DNA of 61,576 nt, the filler included. It is 3 parts of 3 records of this genome, joined end to end, with 100 filler letters (N's around TTAATTAATTAA, not from the genome) between each part and the next. Parts side by side here need not be neighbours in the genome. Positions count along the whole stretch, not along the records: positions 31,908 to 61,576 come from SRR20825006_2522; 2 more parts are not named here. One strand, 5' to 3'. Every line of letters starts with the position of its first letter. The stretch's first letter is position 1. Below the pieces are notes generated by a model that was not told the DNA's origin, made no database searches, and saw nothing but the letters and a program-made list of their open reading frames with translations. Shown here in pieces: positions 38,602 through 48,899 of the stretch. Position numbers and translations under genes: made by a program.

Positions 38602-39570
38602 TTGTCTCTGTCCGAATTTTCCCTGATTGAAAATTATTTTTCCAAACTGACTCCGGAACGACAGGATGTCAGTCTGGGTATCGGCGATGATTGTGCTTTG
38701 TTGCAGTGTCCGGCCGGTAAAGAAATGGCCGTTTCCATTGATACCCTGGTTGAGGGCGTACACTTCTTTGCCGATGTCAGTCCCAAAGCATTGGGTTACA
38801 AGTCTTTGGCAGTGAACCTGAGCGATCTCGCTGCGATGGGCGCTGAACCCGCCTGGTTTACATTGGCTCTGACCTTGCCAGAACACAATCCGGATTGGCT
38901 CAAATCTTTCACCGAAGGCCTTGCACTGGCTGCAAAGCCAGCGAATATCCAACTGGTGGGCGGTGATACGACCCGTGGTCCCCTCACTATCTCGATTCAG
39001 GTTCATGGTCTTGTGGATAAAGGCCGAGCCTTACGTCGTGATGGCGCTAACGTTGGTGACCGTATCTATATTAGTGGCACGCTGGGCGATGCCGGCGCGG
39101 CGTTAAAAAATCGGCTTGAAAACTGGTCGCCTGACACCCTGGATGACGCTGACTGGCAATACCTGCAACAGCGACTGGAATACCCGACACCCCGTTACCA
39201 GCTGGCACAAAATATCCTTGAATATGCGAGTTCTGCGATTGATATTTCTGACGGCCTTCTGGCTGATCTTAGTCATATTCTTGAGCGAAGTCAGAAAGGA
39301 GCCAGAATCAGTCCAGCAAAAATAACGCTTTCTGCGAGTCTGAAAAAATTGTCTTCTGATCTTGCACTACCTCTGGCATTAGGCTCTGGTGATGATTATG
39401 AAATTTGCTTTACGGTACCGGCAGAAAATATCGAAGCGCTGAATCAGCTTGGCCTTGATATCCAGTGCATTGGAGAGATCACAGCAGAAGAAGGCCTGAT
39501 CCTGCAGGATGAAAGCGGAAAAGAAATGAATATTGACGCAAGGAAAGGCTATGACCACTTCGGGACCTGA
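38602..39570 (+). CDS. thiL: Thiamine-monophosphate kinase
   Basis: EFSLIENYF, GIGDDCA, NLSDLAAMGA, GGDTT, IDISDG, GDDYE; TTG start at 38602 preferred. Confidence 0.95.
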   Translation: MSLSEFSLIENYFSKLTPERQDVSLGIGDDCALLQCPAGKEMAVSIDTLVEGVHFFADVSPKALGYKSLAVNLSDLAAMGAEPAWFTLALTLPEHNPDWLKSFTEGLALAAKPANIQLVGGDTTRGPLTISIQVHGLVDKGRALRRDGANVGDRIYISGTLGDAGAALKNRLENWSPDTLDDADWQYLQQRLEYPTPRYQLAQNILEYASSAIDISDGLLADLSHILERSQKGARISPAKITLSASLKKLSSDLALPLALGSGDDYEICFTVPAENIEALNQLGLDIQCIGEITAEEGLILQDESGKEMNIDARKGYDHFGT

Positions 39571-40045
39571 GGTGAACTTCACGAGCTTAATCAAACGGCC
39601 TGCCTGTTTTATCGCTTATGGATTCGGCGCCGGCCTGGCCCCCAAAGCCCCCGGCACCTTCGGTACATTAGTTGCGTTGCCAATCTACTGGCTGATACAG
39701 CACTGGTCTTTGACTGCTTATCTTGCTCTGGTAGTGACGATGTCGATTGCTGGGATCTGGTTATGTCAGAGAGCGGCTGACTGGCTCAAACAGGATGATC
39801 CCTCAGGCATCGTCTGGGATGAGATTGTCGGCTATCTGGTTGCGATGACATTCGCACCGCCTGGTTGGGAATGGATGCTATTGGGCTTTGTACTATTCCG
39901 GTTCTTTGACATCCTCAAACCCTGGCCAGTCAGCCTGGCGGATAGAAAAGTCCATGGCGGCCTGGGGGTCATGCTCGATGATATCATCGCTGGAGTCTAT
40001 GCATTGCTATTAATCTTCATCGCAACGAATGCATTTTCTGTCTAA
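39551..40045 (+). CDS. pgpA: Phosphatidylglycerophosphatase A
   Basis: GFGAGLAPKAPGTFGT, IVWDEIVG, FRFFDILKPWP, GVMLDD. Confidence 0.95.
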   Translation: MTTSGPEVNFTSLIKRPACFIAYGFGAGLAPKAPGTFGTLVALPIYWLIQHWSLTAYLALVVTMSIAGIWLCQRAADWLKQDDPSGIVWDEIVGYLVAMTFAPPGWEWMLLGFVLFRFFDILKPWPVSLADRKVHGGLGVMLDDIIAGVYALLLIFIATNAFSV

Positions 40046-40467
40046 CGTTGCCAACATGTCTCTATCGGATTCGCAGCATTTCCGCCTTGAATCGAACGTG
40101 TCTCGACAGCACCACTTACAGTAAAAACAAACGTACCACATTCAGCATCAACTTGAGGCGGTTGAGGCTCTGCAGTGAGACTATAGCTGGTTGGGGAAAC
40201 TGTCCCAGATACATTAATTTCGTAGAAACCGTCAGGAGAGTCTGCTGGTAAGCCTAAATCAGCAGCGTTTCCATAGGAAACATTGTTAGCTCTATACTTT
40301 TCTTGTTGAATCTGAAAGTTAATCAGTGCGATTTTCGCGTCAGCTCTCCTAGCCCGGGTAACGTAGTCACTGTATGCCGGAATAGCAATTGCAGCGATAA
40401 TTGCCAGAACCACCACCACGATCATCAGCTCAATGATCGTAAAACCTTTGTTATATTGGATTGTCAT
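40042..40467 (-). CDS. pilE: Type IV minor pilin PilE-like
   Basis: KG-FTIIELMIV class III signal, PAYSDYVTRARRADAK, C-terminal Cys pair. Confidence 0.88.
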   Translation of the reverse strand: MTIQYNKGFTIIELMIVVVVLAIIAAIAIPAYSDYVTRARRADAKIALINFQIQQEKYRANNVSYGNAADLGLPADSPDGFYEINVSGTVSPTSYSLTAEPQPPQVDAECGTFVFTVSGAVETRSIQGGNAANPIETCWQR

Positions 40468-40643
40468 GCTGCCCTCACTAATAGTCTAACACCCAAATGT
40501 ATAGAGAAAAGATACAGCCTTAAATCCATTATTTCATCCTTAATTGTAATTTTGTGAAAAACCTCGCAGAATTGAGTTATGAAGAATGTAGAGACCCTAC
40601 CTAAGGTCTATACTTAATTCGTTACAAGGAAGAGTTAACTGTT

Positions 40644-41177
40644 GTGCCGAAAATAAGTATTAATAGAGGTTTTACCTTGATGGAGGCGCTGATCGTTATT
40701 GCGTTGATAGCGATTATCTCTGCGTTAACAATTCCCTCTTTCTACAAGACAATTGAGCGAAACCAACTCAGGCAATCTGCTGAAGCACTCAAATCCGACC
40801 TCCAACTTGCTCGAAAACAAGCTATCAAGCAAAGTCAAAATGTCACTTTTGATTATAGTTTGGGTGATGATGGTGCTTGGTGTTATGGCTTTAGTACAGC
40901 ACCTTGCGACTGTAACCAGAGCGATCCAAATCAAGCTAATTACTGTGGTATGAAGAGGGTTATTGGCAGCGAGTTTGCGCTAACAGACATGACTTCTTCT
41001 GGTGCTGATCCCACTTTCGATTTCAGACGTGGAACAGCGTTCAGCAGTAATGCGTGTCTAGCCACTGATAATTTCAAATTGAAAGTTCTTAATAATAATG
41101 CTGGCCGAGTGTTGATATGTTCAGATACCACAGCACCCGTAGGTGGTTATGAAAGTTGTGACACTAACTGTCCATAG
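40644..41177 (+). CDS. FimT/FimU/GspH-like minor pilin
   Basis: RG-FTLMEALIV; LKSDLQLARKQAIK. Confidence 0.85.
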   Translation: MPKISINRGFTLMEALIVIALIAIISALTIPSFYKTIERNQLRQSAEALKSDLQLARKQAIKQSQNVTFDYSLGDDGAWCYGFSTAPCDCNQSDPNQANYCGMKRVIGSEFALTDMTSSGADPTFDFRRGTAFSSNACLATDNFKLKVLNNNAGRVLICSDTTAPVGGYESCDTNCP

Positions 41178-41199
41178 GTGATGGGGGGACTGACTTCAA

Positions 41200-41961
41200 A
41201 TGAAAGTAAGTAAGGGGTTTACCCTCATAGAGCTAATGATTGCGATGGTTCTTGGACTTTTGATCGTTGGTGTCACTTTGACGGTCTACCTCTCTACGGT
41301 GAGAGGTAGCTCAGAAACCCTTAAGAGCGCGAGGCTAAATCATGATCTGGAGTCAGTGATGTCTTTGATGGTCAACGACATTAGGAGAGCCGGCTACTGG
41401 GGTGGAGCTATCCCCGAGGCAGACATTTTTGAGAACCCCTTTACCAATCAGAATGTTGCTGGCTCTGCACCCTTAGGTAATCCATCTGTCAACTGTTTTT
41501 TATATTCGTATGATTTCGATGCTGATGAAAACGTTGACACAGATGAATATTACGGTTTTAAGCTTGACGGTTCAACAATTCGAATGAGACTTACAGGCAC
41601 AGCAGGCAATGGAAATATAGATTGTAATGATGGTAACTGGGCAGGAGAGTTGATAGACAGTGACATTGTTTCGATTAATTCATTGCAATTTTTACCAACA
41701 TCTACTTGCTTGAATGCTGACATTACGAATGATGAAATTGTAGCAGCAGGCGCTGGTGCTTCACGCGTAAATCAAAGTAATACAGTCTCGTGTGAAGTTG
41801 CTGCCGCAGGTAATGCGCTGGCTAACAGCAATGACAGGATCATTGAGCGAAGAGAAGTTAATATAGTTCTTACTGGGAGTTTGGTTGATGATGCCAATGT
41901 GACCAAAACTGTGAACTCAACAGTCATCATCAGGAATGACAACTTATACAGGCTGCCATAG
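41200..41961 (+). CDS. pilW: PilW-like minor pilin
   Basis: KG-FTLIELMIAMVLGL; NDIRRAGY; C-terminal IRN. Confidence 0.82.
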   Translation: MKVSKGFTLIELMIAMVLGLLIVGVTLTVYLSTVRGSSETLKSARLNHDLESVMSLMVNDIRRAGYWGGAIPEADIFENPFTNQNVAGSAPLGNPSVNCFLYSYDFDADENVDTDEYYGFKLDGSTIRMRLTGTAGNGNIDCNDGNWAGELIDSDIVSINSLQFLPTSTCLNADITNDEIVAAGAGASRVNQSNTVSCEVAAAGNALANSNDRIIERREVNIVLTGSLVDDANVTKTVNSTVIIRNDNLYRLP

Positions 41962-41975
41962 CTTGGAGGCGATGA

Positions 41976-43175
41976 ATGACAGAGCCATCTTTCAAACTTA
42001 AACAGCGAGGGGCTGCCACGATTGTTGTCGCTGCCATTCTGTTGATTGCCATCACTATTGTGACACTCTTCACGGCCAGAACGGTGCTAGTAGAAACTGA
42101 ACTAACCGCGGACCACAACAGAACTACTCAAGCTGTGACCGCAGCAAATTATGCCATGGACTATGGCGTTAGTTACTTTGATAGTTACGGTTTTGATCAG
42201 AATGCAGACGGTAATGTGGATTCTATCACTCCACCAAATATCGATGTGAATACGACATACGGACCTCTAACACTAAGCTCACAGATTGAATATGATACGA
42301 GTGCAGGAACCGTGTGTGTGGATGCTGGGGAAACCCCCACTCTGTCAAAAGGGATGCTGGTTGCCACAGGGTATAGTGATGATGGACTGGCTAGAAGGAC
42401 GATTACACAGTGCGTAGGCCCTATTAGTCTTTTAGCTGATGAAGGGCCTGATATGCCATTAATTTCAAGATCAGAAGTGGCCCTTACAGGCACTGCAAAT
42501 ATTGTAAACAGATACACCAATATTAATATATGGTCGGGGGACAAAGTCACTATTGGCAGTTCCTCGTCCATGAGTACATTCATAAAAAGTAATGCTGCGG
42601 GCAATCTATCACTTCCAGAACTTCTAAACGCTGATCCAGATATAAACACTCAGATTGTCTCAAGTAATAACCTAGGTAACGGGTTGGATATCATTGATGA
42701 CGATCCATCGTTGGATACTGCGACTACAGCTGACTTCTTTTCAACATTTTTTAATACCGATGACCCCGGCACTATTGAAGACTTAGCTTCTAACATAGGC
42801 CAAAATTACAACGACATGTCTCTTGCTGATGGCAAGGATGGGCTGATATGGATAGAGGGAGATCAAAACTTCTCTGGCGGCGACATTGGGACAATTGACA
42901 ATCCTGCTATTGTCATCGTTAATGGTGATCTTCAATTCACCGGTAATGCCAGTATCCATGGACTCTTATACGTTAAGGGAGAGATGAAGGTGGGGGGTAC
43001 GATAGATGTGGTGGGTACTTCTATTGTTGAGGGGGATGGTGTGCCTGCAGGTGATTCTGCGGTATATGGTAACGGCACATTGAACCTAATCTACTGGAAA
43101 GATTTTTTAGCTGGTGCCAGTGCTCCACTCCCAGGCTTAACAGCTGTTGTGAGTGGTTCTTGGCGTGACTGGTAA
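41976..43175 (+). CDS. pilX: PilX-like minor pilin (lacks Glu5)
   Basis: QRG-AATIVVAAILL with no E5; TTQAVTAANYA; C-terminal GSWRDW. Confidence 0.78.
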   Translation: MTEPSFKLKQRGAATIVVAAILLIAITIVTLFTARTVLVETELTADHNRTTQAVTAANYAMDYGVSYFDSYGFDQNADGNVDSITPPNIDVNTTYGPLTLSSQIEYDTSAGTVCVDAGETPTLSKGMLVATGYSDDGLARRTITQCVGPISLLADEGPDMPLISRSEVALTGTANIVNRYTNINIWSGDKVTIGSSSSMSTFIKSNAAGNLSLPELLNADPDINTQIVSSNNLGNGLDIIDDDPSLDTATTADFFSTFFNTDDPGTIEDLASNIGQNYNDMSLADGKDGLIWIEGDQNFSGGDIGTIDNPAIVIVNGDLQFTGNASIHGLLYVKGEMKVGGTIDVVGTSIVEGDGVPAGDSAVYGNGTLNLIYWKDFLAGASAPLPGLTAVVSGSWRDW

Positions 43176-43191
43176 ACCGGAGGGTAAGACT

Positions 43192-44997
43192 ATGCTTAGT
43201 AATAGATTAGCAGGACAGAGAGGCATAGGACTCGTTGAGGTGCTTGTTGCTGTTGTGATTGTAGCTGTAGGCTTGCTTGCTCTGGCGTCCTTTGAGGGGG
43301 AGTTACTCAAGTCCAGTGGCGAAACAAAAGCTAGATCTGAAGCCATCTCACTTGCTGAGCAAAAAGTTGAAGAATTTCGCAATAAAGTTGAAGTGGGTGG
43401 GCATAATGCGATTTCATCAGGCAACGACACAATAAATGGTACCAATGCCACATTCGCTAGGTCGTGGACCGTTTCTGACGTCCCCTCATTTTTAAGTGGT
43501 GCACCCAATAGGAAGCAAATTGAAGTCAATGTTTTATGGGGGCCTAATTCAGATCAAAAAGAAGTTGCTACAGTCTCAGAAATCGCCTGGATAGATCCTG
43601 CTAAAAGTATTCTTGCAGCATCGGATGATAGTGCCGGCACGGCAGCGGTGCCAAGCCCTCGACAAAATGCATCTGAAGATGTGGCTTCTGAAAATGTTTT
43701 TAATGCCCCAAATTCTCAGGTGGTGAGTGGAACCCCAGGTTCTGACAAGCAAATAACGGTTGAGGTCGATGAAGTTGATGCAGAAGGCAATGTTCTCAAC
43801 ACCATTAATGTCACCCTCAAGCAAATCGCCCTAGACTCAAGGTACTACGCCACAGATGACAGTTCTTATTTCTTTGTAGACCAGGGCGTGATAGCCGTTT
43901 TTGTCTGCGAAACCAACGCTGACTGTCGTTACATACAAAACCACTTTGGTGGCGTGCCTCTCCGTACGAGAGGAAAGGTGTATTCTAACACCGGCACACT
44001 TAGCAATATCAATGTGGCATGGACATCCAGCGACGTTAATGCATGTTATGTTTCGGGCGTATCGTCAGAGATAATAAACGGTGCCTCAGTAGATGTTCTC
44101 AATTATGAATGTATCTATGCTGGCAATTGTGAAGAAATTCCTACCAGTCCCACAGATTTACGTGACGGCATAGGTAATTTTGATGCTAGTACAGGTGTAT
44201 TCCCCAATGGAAATGGGTGTTCTACCAATGTTTCTGTTGCTGATATTCAATCTCGTAATGTGGGGCCGGGCGGTGAGTTTGGTGATGTCGGGCTACTGGG
44301 ACTAGATTCTCAAGGTGGCGGCCGTGAGAAGGTTTGTTTCCTTGAGGATACTTCCAATTATTCTAGTGTTGCCAACGTGCTCACAAATGATCCCAATGGC
44401 ACTCCTTCTCCAGAGGATTATTATCTCCCAGTAACCAAAAGACTTTATGTCAGTCGAAGGATGAACGCTGATGGCACACAGTCTTCAGAGGGTATAAATA
44501 GATCATATTCGAATCATAATTTTCTTATTATCGAGAGAGGAAACGTCTCAGGGTCTTATCAAAACTGCCACAAGACACTTTTCGACAATGGCGATAACAT
44601 CAATCTTGATTATAACCAAGGCAATAGCACTAACCCAATTGCACTTGCAATGCGTGAAATTGTAAGGGTGATGAGTTCACCTAATGAGGTTGGGAGCGAA
44701 TTAGCTTACTCTGGTGGCACAAACCCTTCAAAAACAATATTACAGAGTGTAGCTGCTAACTCTGACGAGCTTAGACTTTATATTTCTGAGGGGGGTAGTT
44801 GCTACACTAACATCTCTGATAACGGTGTTGCAGATGATTTCTATGCCTGTGCTGTCCCCTCAGATACCGTTGCCACTACTATATATGGTGGTGACGGGAA
44901 CAAACCTACTAACTCCACAGTTTATGCTGAGTGTATTAGAACAATTGGTGACACGGTCAACACTTGTGCTTGGCCAGGAGATTTTGCAGTCCCTTAA
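43192..44997 (+). CDS. Large PilV-like pilin with extended Cys-rich C-terminal region
   Basis: QRG-IGLVEVLVAVVIVAVGLLALA, AISLAEQKVEEFR, VNVLW, then ~450 extra residues with 12 Cys. Confidence 0.75.
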   Translation: MLSNRLAGQRGIGLVEVLVAVVIVAVGLLALASFEGELLKSSGETKARSEAISLAEQKVEEFRNKVEVGGHNAISSGNDTINGTNATFARSWTVSDVPSFLSGAPNRKQIEVNVLWGPNSDQKEVATVSEIAWIDPAKSILAASDDSAGTAAVPSPRQNASEDVASENVFNAPNSQVVSGTPGSDKQITVEVDEVDAEGNVLNTINVTLKQIALDSRYYATDDSSYFFVDQGVIAVFVCETNADCRYIQNHFGGVPLRTRGKVYSNTGTLSNINVAWTSSDVNACYVSGVSSEIINGASVDVLNYECIYAGNCEEIPTSPTDLRDGIGNFDASTGVFPNGNGCSTNVSVADIQSRNVGPGGEFGDVGLLGLDSQGGGREKVCFLEDTSNYSSVANVLTNDPNGTPSPEDYYLPVTKRLYVSRRMNADGTQSSEGINRSYSNHNFLIIERGNVSGSYQNCHKTLFDNGDNINLDYNQGNSTNPIALAMREIVRVMSSPNEVGSELAYSGGTNPSKTILQSVAANSDELRLYISEGGSCYTNISDNGVADDFYACAVPSDTVATTIYGGDGNKPTNSTVYAECIRTIGDTVNTCAWPGDFAVP

Positions 44998-45890
44998 GTA
45001 TTTTTAAAATCAATTAGGTGATTCTGCGTACCATGATGGGCGATTTTAATCGCGCCCATCATGGCTGCGATTCTGCCTGTTTCTTCCCAGTCTTTGCCAT
45101 TCATTATGCCGTGTAATAAACCGGCTCGGTAGGCATCACCGCAGCCGGTGGGATCGACAACGGCTTTTGCTTGTTGGCACGGAATTTCTATCTTTCTTCC
45201 TTCAGTGAAGATATGCGAACCTTGCGCACCGCGGGTGATAATTAAAGCGTCAACATGGCGTGCAATTTCTTCTTCCGGCAGACCGGTTCTATCCATAAAC
45301 AGCTGGGCTTCATAATCATTCAGGGCGATGTAGGTAGCCTCTTCAGCAAACTGCATCAGTTCATCGCCATTGAACATCGGCAGGCCCTGACCTGGATCGA
45401 AGATAAACGGAATGCCGGCCTGTTTAAGTTGCTGGGCATGTTGCACCATGCCATCACGACCGTCCGGCGCGACTATCGCCAGTTTGATGTTGTCAGCTTC
45501 TGAAATGTGCGTCTCATGAGCCAGGTTCATCGCACCGGGGTGGAAGGCGGTGATCTGGTTGTCGTCCATGTCAGTCGTGATGAAAGCCTGAGCGGTGTAA
45601 TGGCCTTCTTTGACATGAACATGTTTGCGGCTGATGTTGTTCTGATCCATCCAGTCAGCATAGGGACCGAAGTCGGTACCTACCGTGCCCATGGGAACGG
45701 GCTCATCACCAAGCAGCTTCAGATTATAGGCAATGTTACCGGCACAGCCACCGAATTCCTTTCGCAATTCGGGTACCAGAAAAGCCACATTCAGCATATG
45801 CACCTTGTCCGGCAGAATGTGGTTTTTAAACTGATCCGGGAAAACCATAATGCTGTCATAGGCAAATGAGCCACAAATCAAAGCTGACAT
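44994..45890 (-). CDS. PfkB family carbohydrate/nucleoside kinase (adenosine kinase-like)
   Basis: ICGSFAYD, FGGCAGNIAY, FDPGQ, DPTGCGDAYRAG. Confidence 0.92.
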   Translation of the reverse strand: MSALICGSFAYDSIMVFPDQFKNHILPDKVHMLNVAFLVPELRKEFGGCAGNIAYNLKLLGDEPVPMGTVGTDFGPYADWMDQNNISRKHVHVKEGHYTAQAFITTDMDDNQITAFHPGAMNLAHETHISEADNIKLAIVAPDGRDGMVQHAQQLKQAGIPFIFDPGQGLPMFNGDELMQFAEEATYIALNDYEAQLFMDRTGLPEEEIARHVDALIITRGAQGSHIFTEGRKIEIPCQQAKAVVDPTGCGDAYRAGLLHGIMNGKDWEETGRIAAMMGAIKIAHHGTQNHLIDFKNT

Positions 45891-45894
45891 AACG

Positions 45895-47040
45895 TTACCT
45901 TTGTTGAATTTCGAGTTGTTCGGGTGAGCCGCTCAGGCTGAGCTTACCATTGAGAAAGTCTTCCAGTTGCTGACCGACAATTTCATGTCGCCAGCCTTGT
46001 TGCAGTGTCGTGTCCTCACCCCTGACCAGTGCCTCAACATGTTTACGGCTGGCCACAGCCACCGGGGTAATATTTTGCTCATCACAACGCTGCCGAAGTA
46101 ATGCCATCAGGGCATCAACAACGGCATCCTGCTGATTGGTCAGCGGGGTTGGCCGTTTGATCACCGGCCATTCAGATTTCGGTATAGCCTTGCCTTTCTC
46201 GATGGCCTCCAGCACGGCTTTTCCATGGCGATCAATATCTCTTTGTTCCATACCGCGGATTTTTTTCATACCTTCTGCAGAGCTTGGCGCAAACCGGGCC
46301 AAATCCAGCATGACGTCATCTTTCAGTACCCATTTTCTCGGCAGATTATGTTTGATAGCCCGTTGTTCACGCCAGGCACCGAGTTGTTGCAGAACCGCTA
46401 GCTGTGAAGGTTTGAGGCGTCCGGCACCTTTAATCCGAAGCCAACTTTTGCTGGGATCTTCTTCATAGGTTTTAACGGCTGATAAGGCAGCAAAGTCTTC
46501 TTTTAGCCAGGCCGTTCGACCTGTTTCTTCAAGCTTGTCTTTCAGTTGATGGTAAAGCGTGCGGAGATAGCGAACATCATCAGCGGCATATTCCAGTTGC
46601 TCTGTTGATAACGGTCTCTGACGCCAGTCAGTTCGGGCGTGAGCTTTGTCGAGTTCGACATCAAGACATTGTTTAACCAGATTACCGTAGCCAATCTGAT
46701 CACCATAACCCAGCACCGTGGCCGCCAGTTGGGTGTCGAAAACATGCGGAGGCAGACTGTTTCGTAACAGGAAAAACAATTCCAGATCCTGGCGGGCCGC
46801 ATGAAACACCAGGGTGATGTCATCCTGGTAAAACAGATCCAGCAAGGGGGTGAGATCATCAATCGCCAGTGGATCGATGCAGGCAATCACCTCGTCATTG
46901 GCAACCTGGATCAGGCACAGCTCGGGATAATAAGTCTTTTCGCGGTGGAATTCGGTATCAACAGCCAGCCAATCACTGCCGGCAAGCTGCCGACAAAAGT
47001 CTGTCAGGCTTTCACTGGTATCCACGTACTGAATGGTCAT
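45895..47040 (-). CDS. rnd: Ribonuclease D
   Basis: AVDTEF, HAARQDLE, FDTQLAA, DWRQRPL, YAADDV, HRDC region. Confidence 0.95.
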   Translation of the reverse strand: MTIQYVDTSESLTDFCRQLAGSDWLAVDTEFHREKTYYPELCLIQVANDEVIACIDPLAIDDLTPLLDLFYQDDITLVFHAARQDLELFFLLRNSLPPHVFDTQLAATVLGYGDQIGYGNLVKQCLDVELDKAHARTDWRQRPLSTEQLEYAADDVRYLRTLYHQLKDKLEETGRTAWLKEDFAALSAVKTYEEDPSKSWLRIKGAGRLKPSQLAVLQQLGAWREQRAIKHNLPRKWVLKDDVMLDLARFAPSSAEGMKKIRGMEQRDIDRHGKAVLEAIEKGKAIPKSEWPVIKRPTPLTNQQDAVVDALMALLRQRCDEQNITPVAVASRKHVEALVRGEDTTLQQGWRHEIVGQQLEDFLNGKLSLSGSPEQLEIQQR

Positions 47041-47084
47041 CTACTGTGCTCTGCAAAAGGGACACAGTATAGCCAGTTTGAGAA

Positions 47085-47978
47085 TCAATTCATAACCCGG
47101 CTCATTGCTACTACATCGTTGATGGCAGAGACTACGACTCCGGGTTCATCAAGGTGAATATCATGACCGCTGTGTTTGGCAAATATCTGCTGGCTGATGG
47201 GCGACAATTTCCATAGATCATGCTGCAGACTCATCCACACCTTTTCGCGTGATTCAGCAGCTTCACTGCCCATCCATTCGGAGCGGCCTCGGCTGATAAC
47301 AATAAGCGGGACCTTGGGCATGTCGCCGTACTGCTTGACTTGGTTAGCGCTCTCATAGAGAGAGGATATCTCAGCTCTCGCCGCGTGGAAGGCTCTTTCT
47401 CTGAGTACACGGTGTTTATTTAAAACCGATTCGGAGTCCTCAAACTTGGGCAGCACCAGGATATTCCCCTTTCTGTCAAAATGCTTGGGCAGTTTGATGT
47501 CCAGGATTTCGTATTGCTCTTCATGTGAGGCATCAACCAGCACCATACCGGCGATTTTGCCGGGGTTTTGAGCAGCAAAAACCCGGATGTTATAGCCGCC
47601 GAAAGAGTGGCCTACCAAGACGTAGGGACCGGGAATATTGGCTTTCTGAGTGAGCTTTTCTATTTCGTGCGAAATGCGAAGGCTGTTACGAGGCTGCGGA
47701 CCGGCATCGCTCCATCCGTAGCCGGGTCTATCGAATACACAGACGCGGGTTTCTAGCGCCGTGCGGTTCTGAATTTCAAACCAGTCAGTGGAATCATCGC
47801 CCAGACCAGCGTCAATAATTACCGTGGGTTCGCCCTGACCACGGCAAAGCATATGTATGCTGTAACCACCCACATCGTAGCGTTTGCCCGGTACTGGTGG
47901 AAACTGGTTGGCTTTGGCCGAGTTAAGCAGAACTGCTGTAAAGATGAACAGCAGCAACTGAAGGGTTTTAATGGGCAT
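47085..47978 (-). CDS. Exported alpha/beta hydrolase
   Basis: Signal peptide, DRPGYGWS, GHSFGG nucleophile elbow, SGHDIH. Confidence 0.9.
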   Translation of the reverse strand: MPIKTLQLLLFIFTAVLLNSAKANQFPPVPGKRYDVGGYSIHMLCRGQGEPTVIIDAGLGDDSTDWFEIQNRTALETRVCVFDRPGYGWSDAGPQPRNSLRISHEIEKLTQKANIPGPYVLVGHSFGGYNIRVFAAQNPGKIAGMVLVDASHEEQYEILDIKLPKHFDRKGNILVLPKFEDSESVLNKHRVLRERAFHAARAEISSLYESANQVKQYGDMPKVPLIVISRGRSEWMGSEAAESREKVWMSLQHDLWKLSPISQQIFAKHSGHDIHLDEPGVVVSAINDVVAMSRVMN

Positions 47979-48047
47979 AACTGAACTCCGAACACACTTA
48001 CTTGAGTAAGAGTTATCCGCCCCAGGTGAAGTTCCTGTGAACTCCCG

Positions 48048-48293
48048 TTATTGATTGATTTTTCTGGAGATAATCGCCTCGACATCCGACTGGCTGAAAG
48101 GCCAGTCCAGTTCCCGCTGATCGGGAAACTGCACCACTGGAATGCGGATTCCGTATCGTGCCACTAAAGCATCATCGTCGCCAATTTCCTGCAGGGCGAT
48201 TTCCAAGGGTTGTTTATCTGCGATATTGAGCAGTAATTCATGGGCCTGTTCACACAGATGACAGCCTTCAGTGGTGAATAAAATGATCTGCAT
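48048..48293 (-). CDS. Glutaredoxin-like protein (DUF836)
   Basis: GCHLCEQA, RYGIRIPV, LDWPF. Confidence 0.88.
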   Translation of the reverse strand: MQIILFTTEGCHLCEQAHELLLNIADKQPLEIALQEIGDDDALVARYGIRIPVVQFPDQRELDWPFSQSDVEAIISRKINQ

Positions 48294-48823
48294 TATTTTT
48301 CCAGTAAACGCGGCATCAACTCAACAAAATTGCAGGGTTTGTGTCGTTTATCCAGTTGTTCGTGAAGGATTTCATCCCAACCGGTGCGACAGGCGCCGGA
48401 AGAACCCGGCAAACAAAAAATAAAAGTGGCATTGGCGACACCGGCAATCGCGCGTGATTGCACGGTGGAAGTTTTGATTATCTGATAGGAAAGAAAGCGA
48501 AATAACTCGCCGAACCCTTCTATCTCTTTATCGAATAACACTCTAACTGCTTCCGGTGTGCCATCACGGCCGGTCAGGCCAGTGCCGCCGGTGGTGACGA
48601 TGGCATTGATCCCAGGATGAGCGATCCACTGCGAGACAATGGCACGGATCTGATAAATATCGTCCGCTACAATCTGTCTGTCGACTATATGATGCCCATC
48701 TGCTTTGGCTCGGTCCTCCAGCACTTTACCTGAGGTATCGTTGTCAAAGGTACGGCTATCCGATACTGTCAAGATAGCGATGTTGACGGGAATGAATTCC
48801 GCTTCCATATACATGTGTCTCAT
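48293..48823 (-). CDS. moaB: Molybdenum cofactor biosynthesis protein B
   Basis: AILTVSDSR, TTGGTG, GFGELFR, LPGS, RHKPCNF. Confidence 0.95.
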   Translation of the reverse strand: MRHMYMEAEFIPVNIAILTVSDSRTFDNDTSGKVLEDRAKADGHHIVDRQIVADDIYQIRAIVSQWIAHPGINAIVTTGGTGLTGRDGTPEAVRVLFDKEIEGFGELFRFLSYQIIKTSTVQSRAIAGVANATFIFCLPGSSGACRTGWDEILHEQLDKRHKPCNFVELMPRLLEK

Positions 48824-48899
48824 TTTTTATCGGGCAAACCCAGTATAGTCACCATACTGACAAGGGTCTAGAATGCTGATAAACCACGGAGGATTCGAA

